Counted from the stretch's first letter, positions 1 to 13,340 are shown. The stretch is DNA of 64,000 nt from Octopus sinensis (GCF_006345805.1 NC_043000.1:1-64000); one strand, 5' to 3'. Notes: generated by a model not told the origin, from the sequence alone. Numbers and translations are program-made.

Positions 1-168
1 ACGTTCTGAGTTCAAATTCCGCCGAGGTCGACTTTGCCTTTCATCCTTTCGGGGTCGATAAATTAAGTACCAGTTACGCACTGAGGTCGATATAATCGAC
101 TTAATCCGTTTGTCTGTCGTTGTTTGTCCATTCTGTGTTTAGCCCCTTGTGGGTAGTAAAGAAATAGG
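1..168 (+). mobile_element. SINE family A (tRNA-headed), 5' cut by window edge
   Basis: B-box-like GTTCAAATTCC followed by the body and tail seen in about 25 other copies in this window (…gtcgactttgcctttcatcctttcggggtcgat…tagccccttgtgggtagtaaagaaatagg). Confidence 0.85.
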
Positions 169-519
169 ATACTGGTTCATTCTTATAGAAGTTCGATAGC
201 AAAGATCTAATACAAGAAGAAGCATCCTAAAAAGAGCTACTGTCTACCAACAGTCTCTAGCCTCCGGTCTACAAATGTAACGACACTGTACTCTGCTTTC
301 TTTCGCTTGTACAATTGCACTTCTGCTCGGGACTAATAGATCTGTTGTTGCCTCTATTATCTCGCCTTCTTCCGACATACATGTTGTGTCACACAAATCA
401 CTATATTCAATCCTTTCTCTTCAGAACGTCAACCTTCAGGAATTCACTTCCATCCACCCATCCTTCTCCGTCCTCTATACTAGGGAGGGTAAAAGGGATA
501 GAATCCTCAAGTACCTCAT

Positions 520-1000
520 CCATTGGGTTCTTTCAAAAGCAGCCGTCATTACACTTTCTGGAAGCATTTCCAAGTGTGACCAGCTGAGACTATGGATCCT
601 GTCTATCACGTTCTTGGTCTGGCTTGAAGAATCCGCCTTGCGATATTTTGTTTTCCAGCGACATTCTAATCACATGTCCGTTGTGTCGGAACTGTGACCT
701 CACAATGCGGAGAAGTATCCGATCGACCGAGAGACTCTCTGATCTCCGATCTATGTACCCAGTCAAGTAACGTTATTACAGAAATCCACCGGAGCAACCC
801 AATTTCGGCCGTTTGTATTAGTGATCGTGCTCTTTCAGCCATAACCCAATAATTGGTGAGGATAGGAACGAAGTTCAAATTGATTATAACAAGTTCGGCT
901 CTTTTACCAGCCTCCCCTCTTTTTTTTTTTTTTTTAGCTGCATCAGTCGACTTGTAACTGTTCAAACATGACATTAACTCGACTGACCTCACTGATTTCG
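520..1000 (-). mobile_element. Decayed RTE-clade LINE, C-terminal ORF fragment
   Basis: Minus-strand peptides VPILTNYWVMAERARSLIQTAEIGLLRWISVITLLDWVHRSEIRESLG then LLRIVRSQFRHNGHVIRMS resemble the RTE post-RT region (ILTYG.E.W…AEM.FLR…RSQLRW.GHV.RM). Frameshifted. Confidence 0.7.
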
Positions 1001-1200
1001 GAGGGTTAGCAAAGGTCATAGGCATAGTTTCTTCATGCAAACTAATTCAGTAAAATATAAATCTTTATTTTAACCACAATTTCTTGGTCGAAATATCTTC
1101 TCCCTTGTCCCCGAAATTGCTGGCTTTGTGCCAAAATTTGAAATCAAATGTCTTCCCCGTTGGTTATCTAAAGATAGTCAAAGTGATAAATAATATTTAT

Positions 1201-1735
1201 TTCAAATTTTGGCAACACGCCAGCAATTTCGGGGGCAGGTGATAAGTCGATTAGATCGAACCCGGTACTTATTTTATCGACCCTGAAAGGATGAAAGTTA
1301 AAATCGATCTCAGCGGAATTTGAACTGAGAACGTAACGGCAGAATCGTTAGGACGTATTTCGTCTGCCGCTACGTTCTGAGTTCAAATTCCGCTGAGGTC
1401 GACTTTGCCTTTCATGCTTTCGGGGTCGATAAATTAAGTACCAGTTGCGCACAGGAGTCGGTGTAATCGACTTAATCTCTTTGCCTTTGCTTGTCCCCTC
1501 TATGTTTTGCCCTTGTGGGCAATAAAGAAATAAGAATCGTTAGCACTCCAGGCGAAATTCTTAGCGATATTTCGTCCGTCCTTATGTCCTGAGTTCAAAT
1601 TTCGCCGAAGTCTTTATGTCGTTAATCCTTTCGGGGTCGATAAAATAAAAACCAATTGAACACCGGAGTCGATTTAATCGACTTATCCCCTCCCCTACAA
1701 TTACTGGCCTTGAGACAAAATTTGAAACTAATAAT
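1201..1735. mobile_element. Cluster of three SINE-A fragments (one minus ~1201-1343, two plus ~1344-1735)
   Basis: Direct similarity to the SINE-A consensus on both strands. Confidence 0.75.
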
Positions 1736-1849
1736 ATTCATCCTTTGACTATCTTTAGATAACCAACGGGGAAGACATTTCTTCTAACCTCCCTGTAGAA
1801 CATCGTATCAGATTCAAAGATAACTTGCTAACTACATCCTGAAAAAGAT

Positions 1850-2060
1850 ATTATTTTACAAAACACTCGCGTTGCCTCCAAAAACTGTATGCTTTTTGGT
1901 CCCTTGCTTCGAATATCTTGTACAATAATTTAGAATCCAGATCTGTTTTGTTACATCTGTTGTGCCATACCTCTTGCAGCTATAACGTCTAATTTAGCTT
2001 TCTTTTGCTATTCTTCAGACATCTTACTCAAAAAAATTCTTAAATTTTTCACACTTTTGT
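1850..2060 (-). mobile_element. Possible LINE APE-endonuclease N-terminal remnant
   Basis: Frameshifted KLDVIA/LQEVW resembles the lDii.lQEvrW motif of APE endonucleases. Confidence 0.35.
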
Positions 2061-2600
2061 CTGTTTTAGTCTTTGGACTGTAGCCATGCTGGAACACCAG
2101 CTAGAAGGGTTTAGTCAATTAAATGCGTCCAGTACCTATTTTTTTCTTCTTTTTACTTTGGCACTTACTCTACTGCATTTTTTTCTGAACCGCTACGTTA
2201 CAGGTAGTTAAACACCGGTTGTCAAGATATAGGTTGGACAAACACAAGGACATGCGCGCGCACAAACACATACACACACACAAATACACATTTATATACA
2301 TATATACTCTGAGCTTCCACATAGTTTCTTATTTCTTTACTGCTCAAAAGGGGTTACACACAGGTGGGACAAACAAGGACAGACAAACAGATTAAGTCGA
2401 TTATATCGACCCCAGTGCGTAACTGGTACTCCGAAAGGATGAAAGGCAAGTTTCTGTCTACCAAATTCCCTCACAATGCTTTGCTATTCCGGGGTCTAGA
2501 GTAAAGGACACTTGTCCAAGGTGCTGCGTGGTAGAACTGAACCCGAAAGGTCATGGTTTCGAAGCGAGCTTTTTAACGACAAAGCCATACCTAGAAAACA
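2050..2600 (-). mobile_element. Decayed SINE family B with a SINE-A fragment (~2331-2450) inserted
   Basis: Similar to the intact SINE-B copies at 48174-48568 and 58277-58683. Confidence 0.7.
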
Positions 2601-2744
2601 ATGCGTCTATTTGATACTATCTTTTCGATAACTGAGTCATTGCATTTGCAACCAAATTGTCCGTGGATCCTTCAAGAAGTTCATTGTGTTTCAATTGTAC
2701 CAGATCCCCACCTGCAATCGACTTATGATTATCCTTTCTGTTGT

Positions 2745-2945
2745 AGGCACAAGCCCTGAAATTTTAGGAGAAGGAGTTAGTCGATGACATCAACCCCAGT
2801 GATTGACTGGTACTTATTTCATCGATCCCGAAGGATGAAAGGCAAGTCGTCCTCGGTAGAATTTGAACTTACAACGTAAAGACGGACGATAATGCTGTTA
2901 AGCATTTTACCCGGCGCACTAACAATTCTGCCAGCTCGCCGCCTT
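2745..2945 (-). mobile_element. SINE-A, diverged
   Basis: Reverse-complement similarity to SINE-A, including the head (…ctgccagctcgccgcc). Confidence 0.7.
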
Positions 2946-3639
2946 CAGTCGACTAATAATCGTAACAAAAGAAGTGAAATAGAACCAGTGTGTGTGTGTG
3001 TGTTTACTGTTGGCATAATGACCCTTCCGAGATACAACAAATTTGTTTCTGAATTGTTTCAAAACACGAGTTCACATAAAGAATCTTTCGAACCATTTAC
3101 AAAATCAGCGAATGTATTTTCCTGAATAACAGACAGGAGGGTCATAACTGGAACATATTCGATTATTGGTGTCCGTTTCGTGAAATATAACCTGGTCACT
3201 AAACGACTACGACAACAAAAACTACATCACCGCAGACAACAACAAGAAGAAAAGACACGAATCTAACAAATAAAAAACAACTTCAGGGTGTGCTCATCTT
3301 TGCTTTGAATAAATTGGGATGGAAATTAAGAATGATGTACTGACTATAGTATGATAGGTTAAAGTTCCTTTAATGACTTTTAACATATCCATGTGAATTA
3401 TTTGTGGATTAAAAAACAAAAAAAAAAAACTAATGAAAATTTCAAATGAGAAGGTGAATGACTTTGGGTGGCTGCGACATTAAGATCTCAGGAGAAACTT
3501 TGCTTGAGATGTCAAAAATGTTAGATGTTAGTTAATGACCTCAGAATGACACGCTGAATAAATTGTATGGCTGTTTTAAGACGGAACGTAGGTAGAAAAT
3601 TCAGAGATGTGACTGCTTGGCTTGGAATAAAAAAGGGCC

Positions 3640-3729
3640 AATTCAATGCATATCCACGTGCATGAAATTACAGAAATATTCACCTACGTGTATTGTATAA
3701 ACATACGGATAGCTGTGTGTGTGTGTGTT

Positions 3730-3783
<54 letters not shown>

Positions 3784-3937
3784 TGAGTGTGTATATGTGT
3801 GTATTTGTGTGCTTCTGTGTATGTGTATGAATATATATATATATATATATATAAGCACACATGCATACATAGACACTAACACATTTACACATACATAGGT
3901 ACATACAAGCACATACATATATACATATAAATATGTG

Positions 3938-3969
<32 letters not shown>

Positions 3970-4322
3970 CATAGTTATAGATACCTCAAAATAGAGAAAC
4001 CGAGCGACCTATAAAGTTACAAATTAATGCATATTTTAACTGCAAAATTTACTACACACGACTCCAGATACATGCATTCATACATGCATACATTTTCATA
4101 CAAATATGTGTGTGCGTATGTGCATACATATACATGTACATATGTTTGTGTGTGTGTCTGTGTGCGTGTGTGTGTGTGTGTGTGTACATACATATATGAC
4201 ACGCACATTCACACATATGGACGTATTAATCTATGTGTGTGCATATAGACTCACACACACGGGCCTGTCCGCTCACGCAAACACGCACACATACGCAAAC
4301 AAACTGACATATATATATATAT
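3640..4322. repeat. (TG)n/(TA)n compound microsatellites
   Basis: Seen directly. Confidence 0.95.
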
Positions 4323-4379
4323 AATTTTTTCTTGTTATAGCTATTCTATTACAGTATTATAATATGTTGTTTCTATTTG

Positions 4380-4608
4380 CTATGAGACATGGGTAGGCAT
4401 GAAATCGTCTCTAAATTCAATGGCAGGGTCAATTAAAAACATCAGGTTGGGCTGGGAAAGGACGTATATAGTATAATTACATACATTTCTCACAGACTGA
4501 TCAGATGTAACTTCAGTAATATGGCTGTATGTCAAGATACGATCATTGTAAATTAAGACGTTTGGTTCTGAGGACATTGGGAGTGTTTGTACGACGTCTC
4601 GTGGTCCA
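4380..4608 (-). CDS. Candidate terminal coding exon (exon C) of a putative small secreted protein
   Basis: Acceptor tttggtttccatttctag|T, phase 2, 75 open codons (GPRDVVQTLPMSSEPNVLIYNDRILTYSHITEVTSDQSVRNVCNYTIYVLSQPNLMFLIDPAIEFRDDFMPTHVS*) in non-repetitive sequence. An internal GTATGT donor after …VRN is an alternative end. Confidence 0.45.
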
Positions 4609-4896
4609 CTAGAAATGGAAACCAAATTTCTTTCATATCACACCCTAACATCGTAAGTAAGAACAGGACATTCTAGATAATGCAGTCCTAAATACACGTT
4701 TGAAACACGATTTAGAAATACCAGCCAAATTTCCATCAAACCCCTAACCCTACCCTCTTAAATGAGAGAGATACAGAGCTCTGTGTCGCAACGACATCGT
4801 TTCCGGTGGAGAAGTATCTTGTGGTATAGCGTCGGACTGACCGAGGTTATGTTAAGTGAAGTTCATAGACGGAAATTGAAAGAAGCTTGTCGTATT

Positions 4897-5440
<544 letters not shown>

Positions 5441-5636
5441 TGGTCAATATTGTTATATGTTACCACATTTGTTTGCAAGTGGGTAACCCTCTGTTTTCAA
5501 TTTCTGAGTTCATAGGATTATGCTCAAGGTGGCTTCGTCATCATACGTACCATCCTTGCTACATTCACCCATCTTTTTTTAAAACATTCGCTAGACAAAA
5601 CTTGCCTCTCTACTCTCACTTTCCTTTTCAAGTGGT

Positions 5637-5717
<81 letters not shown>

Positions 5718-5878
5718 GGACAGATAGGTAGATAGATAGATGGATAGATAGATAGATAGATAGAGTCAGAGAAAGAGGGGGAAAGAGTAATAACTCTCCA
5801 GCTAGTCAGTTAAACAGACAGACAGACATATAGACAGCTTGATAGATAGATATATAGATAGACAGATAGATAGATAGG

Positions 5879-5950
<72 letters not shown>

Positions 5951-5975
5951 GGGAGAGATGTGTGTGTGTGTATTT
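5637..5975. repeat. (GATA)n/(GACA)n microsatellites
   Basis: Seen directly. Confidence 0.95.
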
Positions 5976-6217
5976 TTATTTGTCTCACAATACCGCTTCA
6001 TAACTGGTGTAGGTTTGTCTACGGACCCATAACATAGCACTTCGGCAAAAGAGACCTATAAAATAAATACCAGACTGTAAAAAAGCATAAGCATCGATGT
6101 CGATATGGTCCACTAAAACCCTTCAAGGCGGGGCCCCACTCCCCAGCATACCCGCAGTCCCTTGACTAAAACAAGATAAATGATGAACAATGAAACTGCT
6201 TGCGGCCATATTACAAA

Positions 6218-6410
6218 CAGTGCTCCGCAACCGGTATGCTGCGGCACACTGTTGTTCCACGAGACGATACTGGGTGTGCCGCAGTGTAACTTGAATATAA
6301 TTTTTTTTCCTTATACTTTTAGTTATGTTCTTAGTTCAAGCGTGCCGCAAAATTTTGGGAAGCATATAAGTGTACAGCAAGTGAACAAAATAAAAGGTAG
6401 AGGACCACTG
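6218..6410. mobile_element. hAT (Charlie-like) MITE
   Basis: Termini cagtgctccgcaacc…/…ggtagaggaccactg, internal gcggcacac/gtgccgc motifs, and near-matching 8-bp flanks tattacaa / tattagaa. Confidence 0.6.
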
Positions 6411-6559
6411 TATTAGAACACGAATCCTTTGTACTTCTGATCCTACTTCATATCAAGTACGCCACGTTTGTCTTTTTACATATGACACCGGGTCATGAAC
6501 CAAGTACACAAAAACCCAACAAATAAAATCTAGAGAAAAAGAAGAGAAATTAACAACTT

Positions 6560-7150
<591 letters not shown>

Positions 7151-7277
7151 AATTGTAACTTCAAGTACCATGTTTTAGTGAGTAAATTACACAAATGAGT
7201 ATCAAATAGAGAATAGAGATAAGAAGTAAGAGGGCCAATGTTGTAGAAACCACTTCGATTTTGTTTGTTCACACTCG

Positions 7278-7777
7278 ATTATTATTATTGTTGTTGTTGC
7301 TGTGGATTATTTTTGTTGTTGTTATCGTTGTTGTTGTCGTTGTTGTTGTTGTTAATATTATTATCGTTGCTGTCGTTCTTATTGCCATCGCCATCGACAT
7401 TGTAATCATAGTTTCTTTTTTCTTTTTTTTTCTTTCTTTTTTCTTTTCCTTGTCTCTTATGATACTGATAATAATGATGATAGCAGTGGTGGTGGTGTGG
7501 TGGTGGTGGTGTGAGAGAGATGGCGGTGTGGTGGCGGCGGCGGGTGGAGGACGATAATGATGACGATGATAATGATGATAGCGATGATAGTGATGGTGAC
7601 GACGACGACGATGATGACGATGATGATGATGATGATGATGATGATGATAGCGGTGGTGGTAGTGGTGGTGGTGAGAGAGCTGGCGGTGTGGTGGCGGTGG
7701 CGGGTAATGTTGAGGACGAAAATGATGATAAACGATGATAGTGATGATGACGACGACGACGACGATGATGACGATGA

Positions 7778-7811
<34 letters not shown>

Positions 7812-8045
7812 GTGGTGGTGGTGGTGGTGGTGGTAGTGGTGGTGGTGGTGTGGTGTTGGCGGCGGCGGCGGGTGTTGTTGATGACGATAATGATGACGAT
7901 GATGATGATGATGATAACGATGATAGTGATGATAACGATGACGATGACGATGACGATGATGATGATGATGATGATGATGACGACGATGACGACGACGACG
8001 ACGACGATGATGATGATGATGATGGCAATGATGATGATGTTGATG
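7278..8045. repeat. Triplet (GAT/GGT/GTT/GAC) low-complexity array with higher-order repeats
   Basis: Seen directly. The block ggcggtgtggtggcgg(c/t)ggcgggt recurs at ~7522 and ~7682, with a variant at ~7855. Confidence 0.9.
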
Positions 8046-8486
8046 ATTTGTTAATATTTTCCTTAGTATCGTTCTTGAGATTGTGATTGAGTTTCTGCTC
8101 GTTGCTGTTTTTTTTTATTTACATTTTATGATAATTTTCCTGTTTTCGGAAAAAAATTTTAATATATTTTTTCTTATCATAGAAACATGACATGATTTTC
8201 CAACAATGACGTGGCAATATTGGCGAGCTGGCAGAATCGTTAAACAATACGACAACATGTTTAATGAAATTTCTTCAGAATTGCTACGTGCTCAGTTCCA
8301 ATCCCGCCGAGGTCAACATTGCCTTTCAACCCTTTACGAAGTCGATAAAATAAAGTACCAGTTTTGTGCTTGAGTCGATGTTGTTGACTAAACTCCTACC
8401 CCTAAAACTGCTAGCCTTCTACGAAAATTAGAAACTATTTAATGGCAGCAACGTGGCAGAATTATTAGTCCCGTCTAATATTATAC

Positions 8487-8921
8487 GGCGGTAAGCTGGT
8501 AGAAACGTTATAACGCTGGGAGAAATGCTTAGCGGTATTTCTACTGCCGCTACGCTCTGAGTTCGAATTCCGCCGAGGTCGACTTTGCCTTTCATCCTTC
8601 CGGGGTCGATAAATTAAGTACCAGTTACACACTGTGGTCGATGTAATCGACTTAATCCGTTTGTCTGTCCTTGTTTGTCCCCTCTAAGTTTAGCCCCTTG
8701 TGGGCAATAAAGAAAAGGTATTTCGTCTGCCGTTATGTTCTGAGTTCAAATTCCGTCGAGGTCGACTTTGCCTTTCATCCTTACGGGGTCGATAAATTAA
8801 GTACCAGTTACACACTGGGGTCGATGTAATCGACTTAATCCGTTTGTCTGTCCTTGTTTGTCCCCTCTATGTTTAGCCCCTTGTGGGTAGTAAAGAAATA
8901 GGTATTTCGTCTGCCGCTACG
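8487..8921 (+). mobile_element. SINE-A head-to-tail concatemer (full + headless + start of a third unit)
   Basis: Junctions …aagaaa(a/ta)gg|tatttcgtctgcc at ~8717 and ~8901. Confidence 0.85.
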
Positions 8922-8972
8922 ATTACACTAATCCCTATTATATTATTACAGTAGTACGAGATGTTTAATCAC

Positions 8973-9021
8973 CTATCATATTTGATCGAGCTGGGGTTTA
9001 GAGGAATGTAGACACTCTTAT
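8973..9021 (-). CDS. Candidate 49-nt internal exon (exon B)
   Basis: gttttatatag|ATAAG…GATAG|gtgatt. Phase 1 to 2, open as (H)KSVYIPLNPSSIKYD(S). It bridges the signal-peptide exon and exon C in frame. Confidence 0.35.
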
Positions 9022-10102
9022 CTATATAAAACATGTAATCAACAGTCCTGTGGATGGTACCACACAATTATCCACATACTTATAGAGGGGCTGATTAGCT
9101 GGGTTGTTAGAGCGCCGAAGAAATTGCTTGCAGTATTTGTCTCGGATCTTCATACTTTGAATTCATATCCCGCCAACATCAACGTTGTCTTTCCTACTTC
9201 CGGGGTAAAAAACGGACACGTTGTAATAGACAAGCCATGGACAACTTGCGGTCCACAAGACCTTCTTAATGGCAGGCCTGACAAGATATTATCTTTCTTT
9301 TTAGTAGAGCGGCACACTTGACGATGAGGCATGTCTCATGCGGCCCACATCTCGGAAAAAAAAAAGATTACCCATGTTTGTAATAGTCTGTTCCCATCTC
9401 CCGAATCGTTGGTCTTCGTCTTAAATTAGAAATCATTATTCAAATACGCATTTTACCTGTTATAGTCAATAAACTGTGATCATGATAAAGCACCGCCTCG
9501 AAAATGAATTATAATTATCAATGACAAATCGTATTTAATAGACACAACTACATAGGTATTTCCCGTTACTAACTCCAGTATTTCCTTGTTATACATTGTT
9601 GCAACACCATACATTAAGTGATCTGTGAATTTGTTTATCCCCCAACTTTTTCATAATATATCATGTCAAAACCTTCCCTATTGTACTTATCTCCAAATTA
9701 AATGAAATTCTGGCGATAAATCAAATGATTTCCTCTCTCGGGTATAAGATTTCATTTGATTTCTCACCAGAATTTCGTATAACGAAAAAATTGCAATGTT
9801 CGGAATCAAAAGTCTCAATTAGTTAAATACTTAATTATTCTATCACATAATTTCGCGTTCAATCCCAATGCATGGCACTATAGGCAACTCACTTCTCCTT
9901 TAACTCTGGGTCGACCAGTAGCTTGTGTGAATTTTCGGAGTCGATCAGGTAAGTACCAGTTGAAAACTAGAGTCGGTATAATCAACTAACCCCACCGCCA
10001 AAATCTAACTAAAAATTTTGTGGCAAATGTTTACATATAATCAACGCATGATTTTAAGAAATTAATGTCATTCATATATATATGTATATATATATATATA
10101 TA

Positions 10103-12194
10103 TCATATAATTAAGGGCTAAAGAGGGTTATTCTAAAGCCAAATACACTGTTTTATCCACTTATAATCCGCTTGTTACAGGAAAATTGAAACTGAAAACG
10201 GGCAACTAACCTTTAGAAAATTTAAATTTCGTTATCTCTATATTGAATCAATTTCGGACTTAATCTTATAAAAAAAGATATATTCCTTCTTCAGTAGAAA
10301 TTTCGATGGGATATAAATAAAATACTCACGTATGATCATGGAAAAAGCACAAGCTAAAAACATAACTACACTTGAGTACATCATTTATATCTAAAAATAA
10401 AAATTCTTTGGTCAGCCTCAGAAAACAACGTCCAGACCTTTCGCCGCTACAAATTGTAATGGTTACCAGTCCTCCTGTAGCAAGCATCGAGTTTACTACT
10501 AAGCAATATAGGATGAAGTCCCTTACTCTACAGCAAAGGAATTCATCAGGAAGCGTGGGCAGTATATTTAAAAAAACCGTTACGGTTGCAATATACATCA
10601 TATAATTAAGGGCTAAAGAGGGTTATTCTAAAGCCAAATACACTGTTTTATCCACTTATAATCCGCTTGTTACAGGAAAATTGAAACTGAAAACGGGCAA
10701 CTAACCTTTAGAAAATTTAAATTTCGTTATCTCTATATTGAATCAATTTCGGACTTAATCTTATAAAAAAAGATATATTCCTTCTTCAGTAGAAATTTCG
10801 ATGGGATATAAATAAAATACTCACGTATGATCATGGAAAAAGCACAAGCTAAAAACATAACTACACTTGAGTACATCATTTATATCTAAAAATAAAAATT
10901 CTTTGGTCAGCCTCAGAAAACAACGTCCAGACCTTTCGCCGCTACAAATTGTAATGGTTACCAGTCCTCCTGTAGCAAGCATCGAGTTTACTACTAAGCA
11001 ATATAGGATGAAGTCCCTTACTCTACAGCAAAGGAATTCATCAGGAAGCGTGGGCAGTATATTTAAAAAAACCGTTACGGTTGCAATATACATCATATAA
11101 TTAAGGGCTAAAGAGGGTTATTCTAAAGCCAAATACACTGTTTTATCCACTTATAATCCGCTTGTTACAGGAAAATTGAAACTGAAAACGGGCAACTAAC
11201 CTTTAGAAAATTTAAATTTCGTTATCTCTATATTGAATCAATTCGGACTTAATCTTATAAAAAAAGATATATTCCTTCTTCAGTAGAAATTTCGATGGGA
11301 TATAAATAAAATACTCACGTATGATCATGGAAAAAGCACAAGCTAAAAACATAACTACACTTGAGTACATCATTTATATCTAAAAATAAAAATTCTTTGG
11401 TCAGCCTCAGAAAACAACGTCCAGACCTTTCGCCGCTACAAATTGTAATGGTTACCAGTCCTCCTGTAGCAAGCATCGAGTTTACTACTAAGCAATATAG
11501 GATGAAGTCCCTTACTCTACAGCAAAGGAATTCATCAGGAAGCGTGGGCAGTATATTTAAAAAAACCGTTACGGTTGCAATATACATCATATAATTAAGG
11601 GCTAAAGAGGGTTATTCTAAAGCCAAATACACTGTTTTATCCACTTATAATCCGCTTGTTACAGGAAAATTGAAACTGAAAACGGGCAACTAACCTTTAG
11701 AAAATTTAAATTTCGTTATCTCTATATTGAATCAATTTCGGACTTAATCTTATAAAAAAAGATATATTCCTTCTTCAGTAGAAATTTCGATGGGATATAA
11801 ATAAAATACTCACGTATGATCATGGAAAAAGCACAAGCTAAAAACATAACTACACTTGAGTACATCATTTATATCTAAAAATAAAAATTCTTTGGTCAGC
11901 CTCAGAAAACAACGTCCAGACCTTTCGCCGCTACAAATTGTAATGGTTACCAGTCCTCCTGTAGCAAGCATCGAGTTTACTACTAAGCAATATAGGATGA
12001 AGTCCCTTACTCTACAGCAAAGGAATTCATCAGGAAGCGTGGGCAGTATATTTAAAAAAACCGTTACGGTTGCAATATACATCATATAATTAAGGGCTAA
12101 AGAGGGTTATTCTAAAGCCAAATACACTGTTTTATCCACTTATAATCCGCTTGTTACAGGAAAATTGAAACTGAAAACGGGCAACTAACCTTTA
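10103..12194. repeat. 495-bp tandem repeat, 4 full units + ~110-bp partial, near-identical
   Basis: Identical ORFs recur at 10326/10821/11315/11810 (periods 495, 494, 495). The only difference I noticed is a 1-nt deletion near 11241. Bounded by (TA)n on both sides. Confidence 0.97.
10330..10384 (-). CDS. Signal-peptide-like first coding exon (exon A), repeated in each tandem unit (whole exons 10330-10390, 10825-10885, 11319-11379, 11814-11874)
   Basis: gctgac (branch)…aatttttatttttag|ATATAA ATG ATG TAC TCA AGT GTA GTT ATG TTT TTA GCT TGT GCT TTT TCC ATG ATC ATA C|gtgagt = MMYSSVVMFLACAFSMII, with an in-frame stop just before the ATG and a phase-1 intron. Confidence 0.5.
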
Positions 12195-12237
12195 TATATA
12201 TATAAACGGGCAACTAACTATATATATATATATACTG

Positions 12238-12712
12238 ATGCGAAGGATTTGCCGGAGGCAAGATGGCAGAATCCCCAAGGACATACTCAACGGAGAGCTT
12301 GCTAGGGGTACTAGGTCTGTGGAAAGACCGTTCTTACGATACAAGGATGTTTGCAAAAGGGACATGAAGGCCTGCAACATCAATATTAGCAATTGGGAAG
12401 CAGTTGCCAGCAACCGTGGAGATTGGCGACGTACCGTAAAAGAGGGAATACAAAGGAGTGACAGAGAGAGAGAGAGGAGAAATGGAAAGAAAAGAAGAGA
12501 CGTCAACAAGAGACTATGGCATTACAACCAGCCAGGAACAGTCTTCGCTACATTTGCGGCACCTGCCAGAGGGAGTGTTTGTCCAGGATAGGACTACACA
12601 GCCACAGCAGGAAATGTATCAGGACATGAAATGTAAAAGCCGGACTAGACTATTTTATGCGCAACTCCATTGTCTCCCGAGACAAAAAGGATGCCAACCA
12701 TATATATATATG
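12238..12712 (+). mobile_element. RTE (BovB-like) LINE 3' fragment
   Basis: DGRIPKDILNGELARGTRSVERPFLRYKDVCKRDMKACNINISNWEAVASNRGDWR is the typical RTE C-terminal signature. Confidence 0.85.
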
Positions 12713-12751
12713 GGAATCAAACAGAAGCAAGCGATTTCTTGTACAAGATAG

Positions 12752-13030
12752 AGTCACAGGCATGGTTGTGTGGAAAGAAGTTTACTTCCCAACCACATGG
12801 TTCTGGGTTCAGTCCCACTGCGTGGCACTTTGGGCAAGTGTCTTCTACTGTAACTCTGGGCCGACCAAAGCCTTGTCAGTAGATTTGGTAGAAGGAAACT
12901 GAAAGAAGCTGGTCTAAAAATACATGTGCGCGCGCGTGTGTTTGTGACACAACATCGCTTGACAACTGGTGTTGGTGTGTTCACGTTCGTTCGAGTAAAA
13001 TTCTTCAAGTCGGTACTGCAGCTTGACAAC
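12752..13030 (+). mobile_element. SINE-B 5' part
   Basis: ggttcagtcccactgcgtggcactttgggcaagtgtcttctac matches the other SINE-B copies. Confidence 0.8.
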
Positions 13031-13143
13031 AATCTAATGACAGAATCAAAGTAAAATACAAAAGAATTAAAAAACACAGAAGTTCATGGAAAGAAACTAC
13101 CTGAGCGGAAAATTCTTACTAGAGCAGACACCAGCAACACGAG

Positions 13144-13340
13144 AGAGGCGCAATGGCCCAGTGGTTAGGGTAGCAGACTCGCGGTCGTAAGAACGCGGTT
13201 TCTATTCCCAGACCGGGCATTGTGAGTGTTTATTGAGCAAAAACACCTAAGCTCCACGAGGCACCGGCGAGGAGGGGCGGTGAACCCCGCTGTACTCTTT
13301 CACCACAATTTTCTCTCACTCTGTCTTCCTACTTCGGCCA
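13144..13340 (+). mobile_element. SINE family C, 5' part
   Basis: Matches 36591-36790 (ggcgcaatggcccagtggttagg…). Confidence 0.8.

Noticed and set aside
3000-3230. Serpin-like (NLLYLGRVIMP) or Kazal-like (ICSSYDPPVCYSGKY) peptides on minus
   Set aside because: The matches are short, lie in different frames, are interrupted by stops and lack the diagnostic motifs.
4741-4756. Telomere-like ccctaaccctaccc
   Set aside because: Only about two units; expected by chance.
7285-8086. Long poly-Ser/His/Pro and poly-Asp ORFs (247 aa, 165 aa)
   Set aside because: They are frame read-throughs of GAT/GGT triplet microsatellites, open on both strands, with no splice or start context.
9455-9494. Alternative phase 1-2 exon (R)GALS*SQFIDYN(S) that would give a neat signal-cleavage site
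   Set aside because: It has an in-frame TGA and an atypical GAG acceptor. It could be a dead duplicate of exon B, but I cannot support that or a selenocysteine reading.
10326-12089. The 91-aa (-) and 77-aa (+) ORFs repeated four times in the ORF track
   Set aside because: They have no recognisable domain. The splice-defined signal-peptide frame explains the unit better, and these ORFs cross the predicted intron.
10103-12194. CRISPR-like or phage repeat interpretation of the tandem array
   Set aside because: The units are 495 bp and identical with no unique spacers, in a eukaryotic context.
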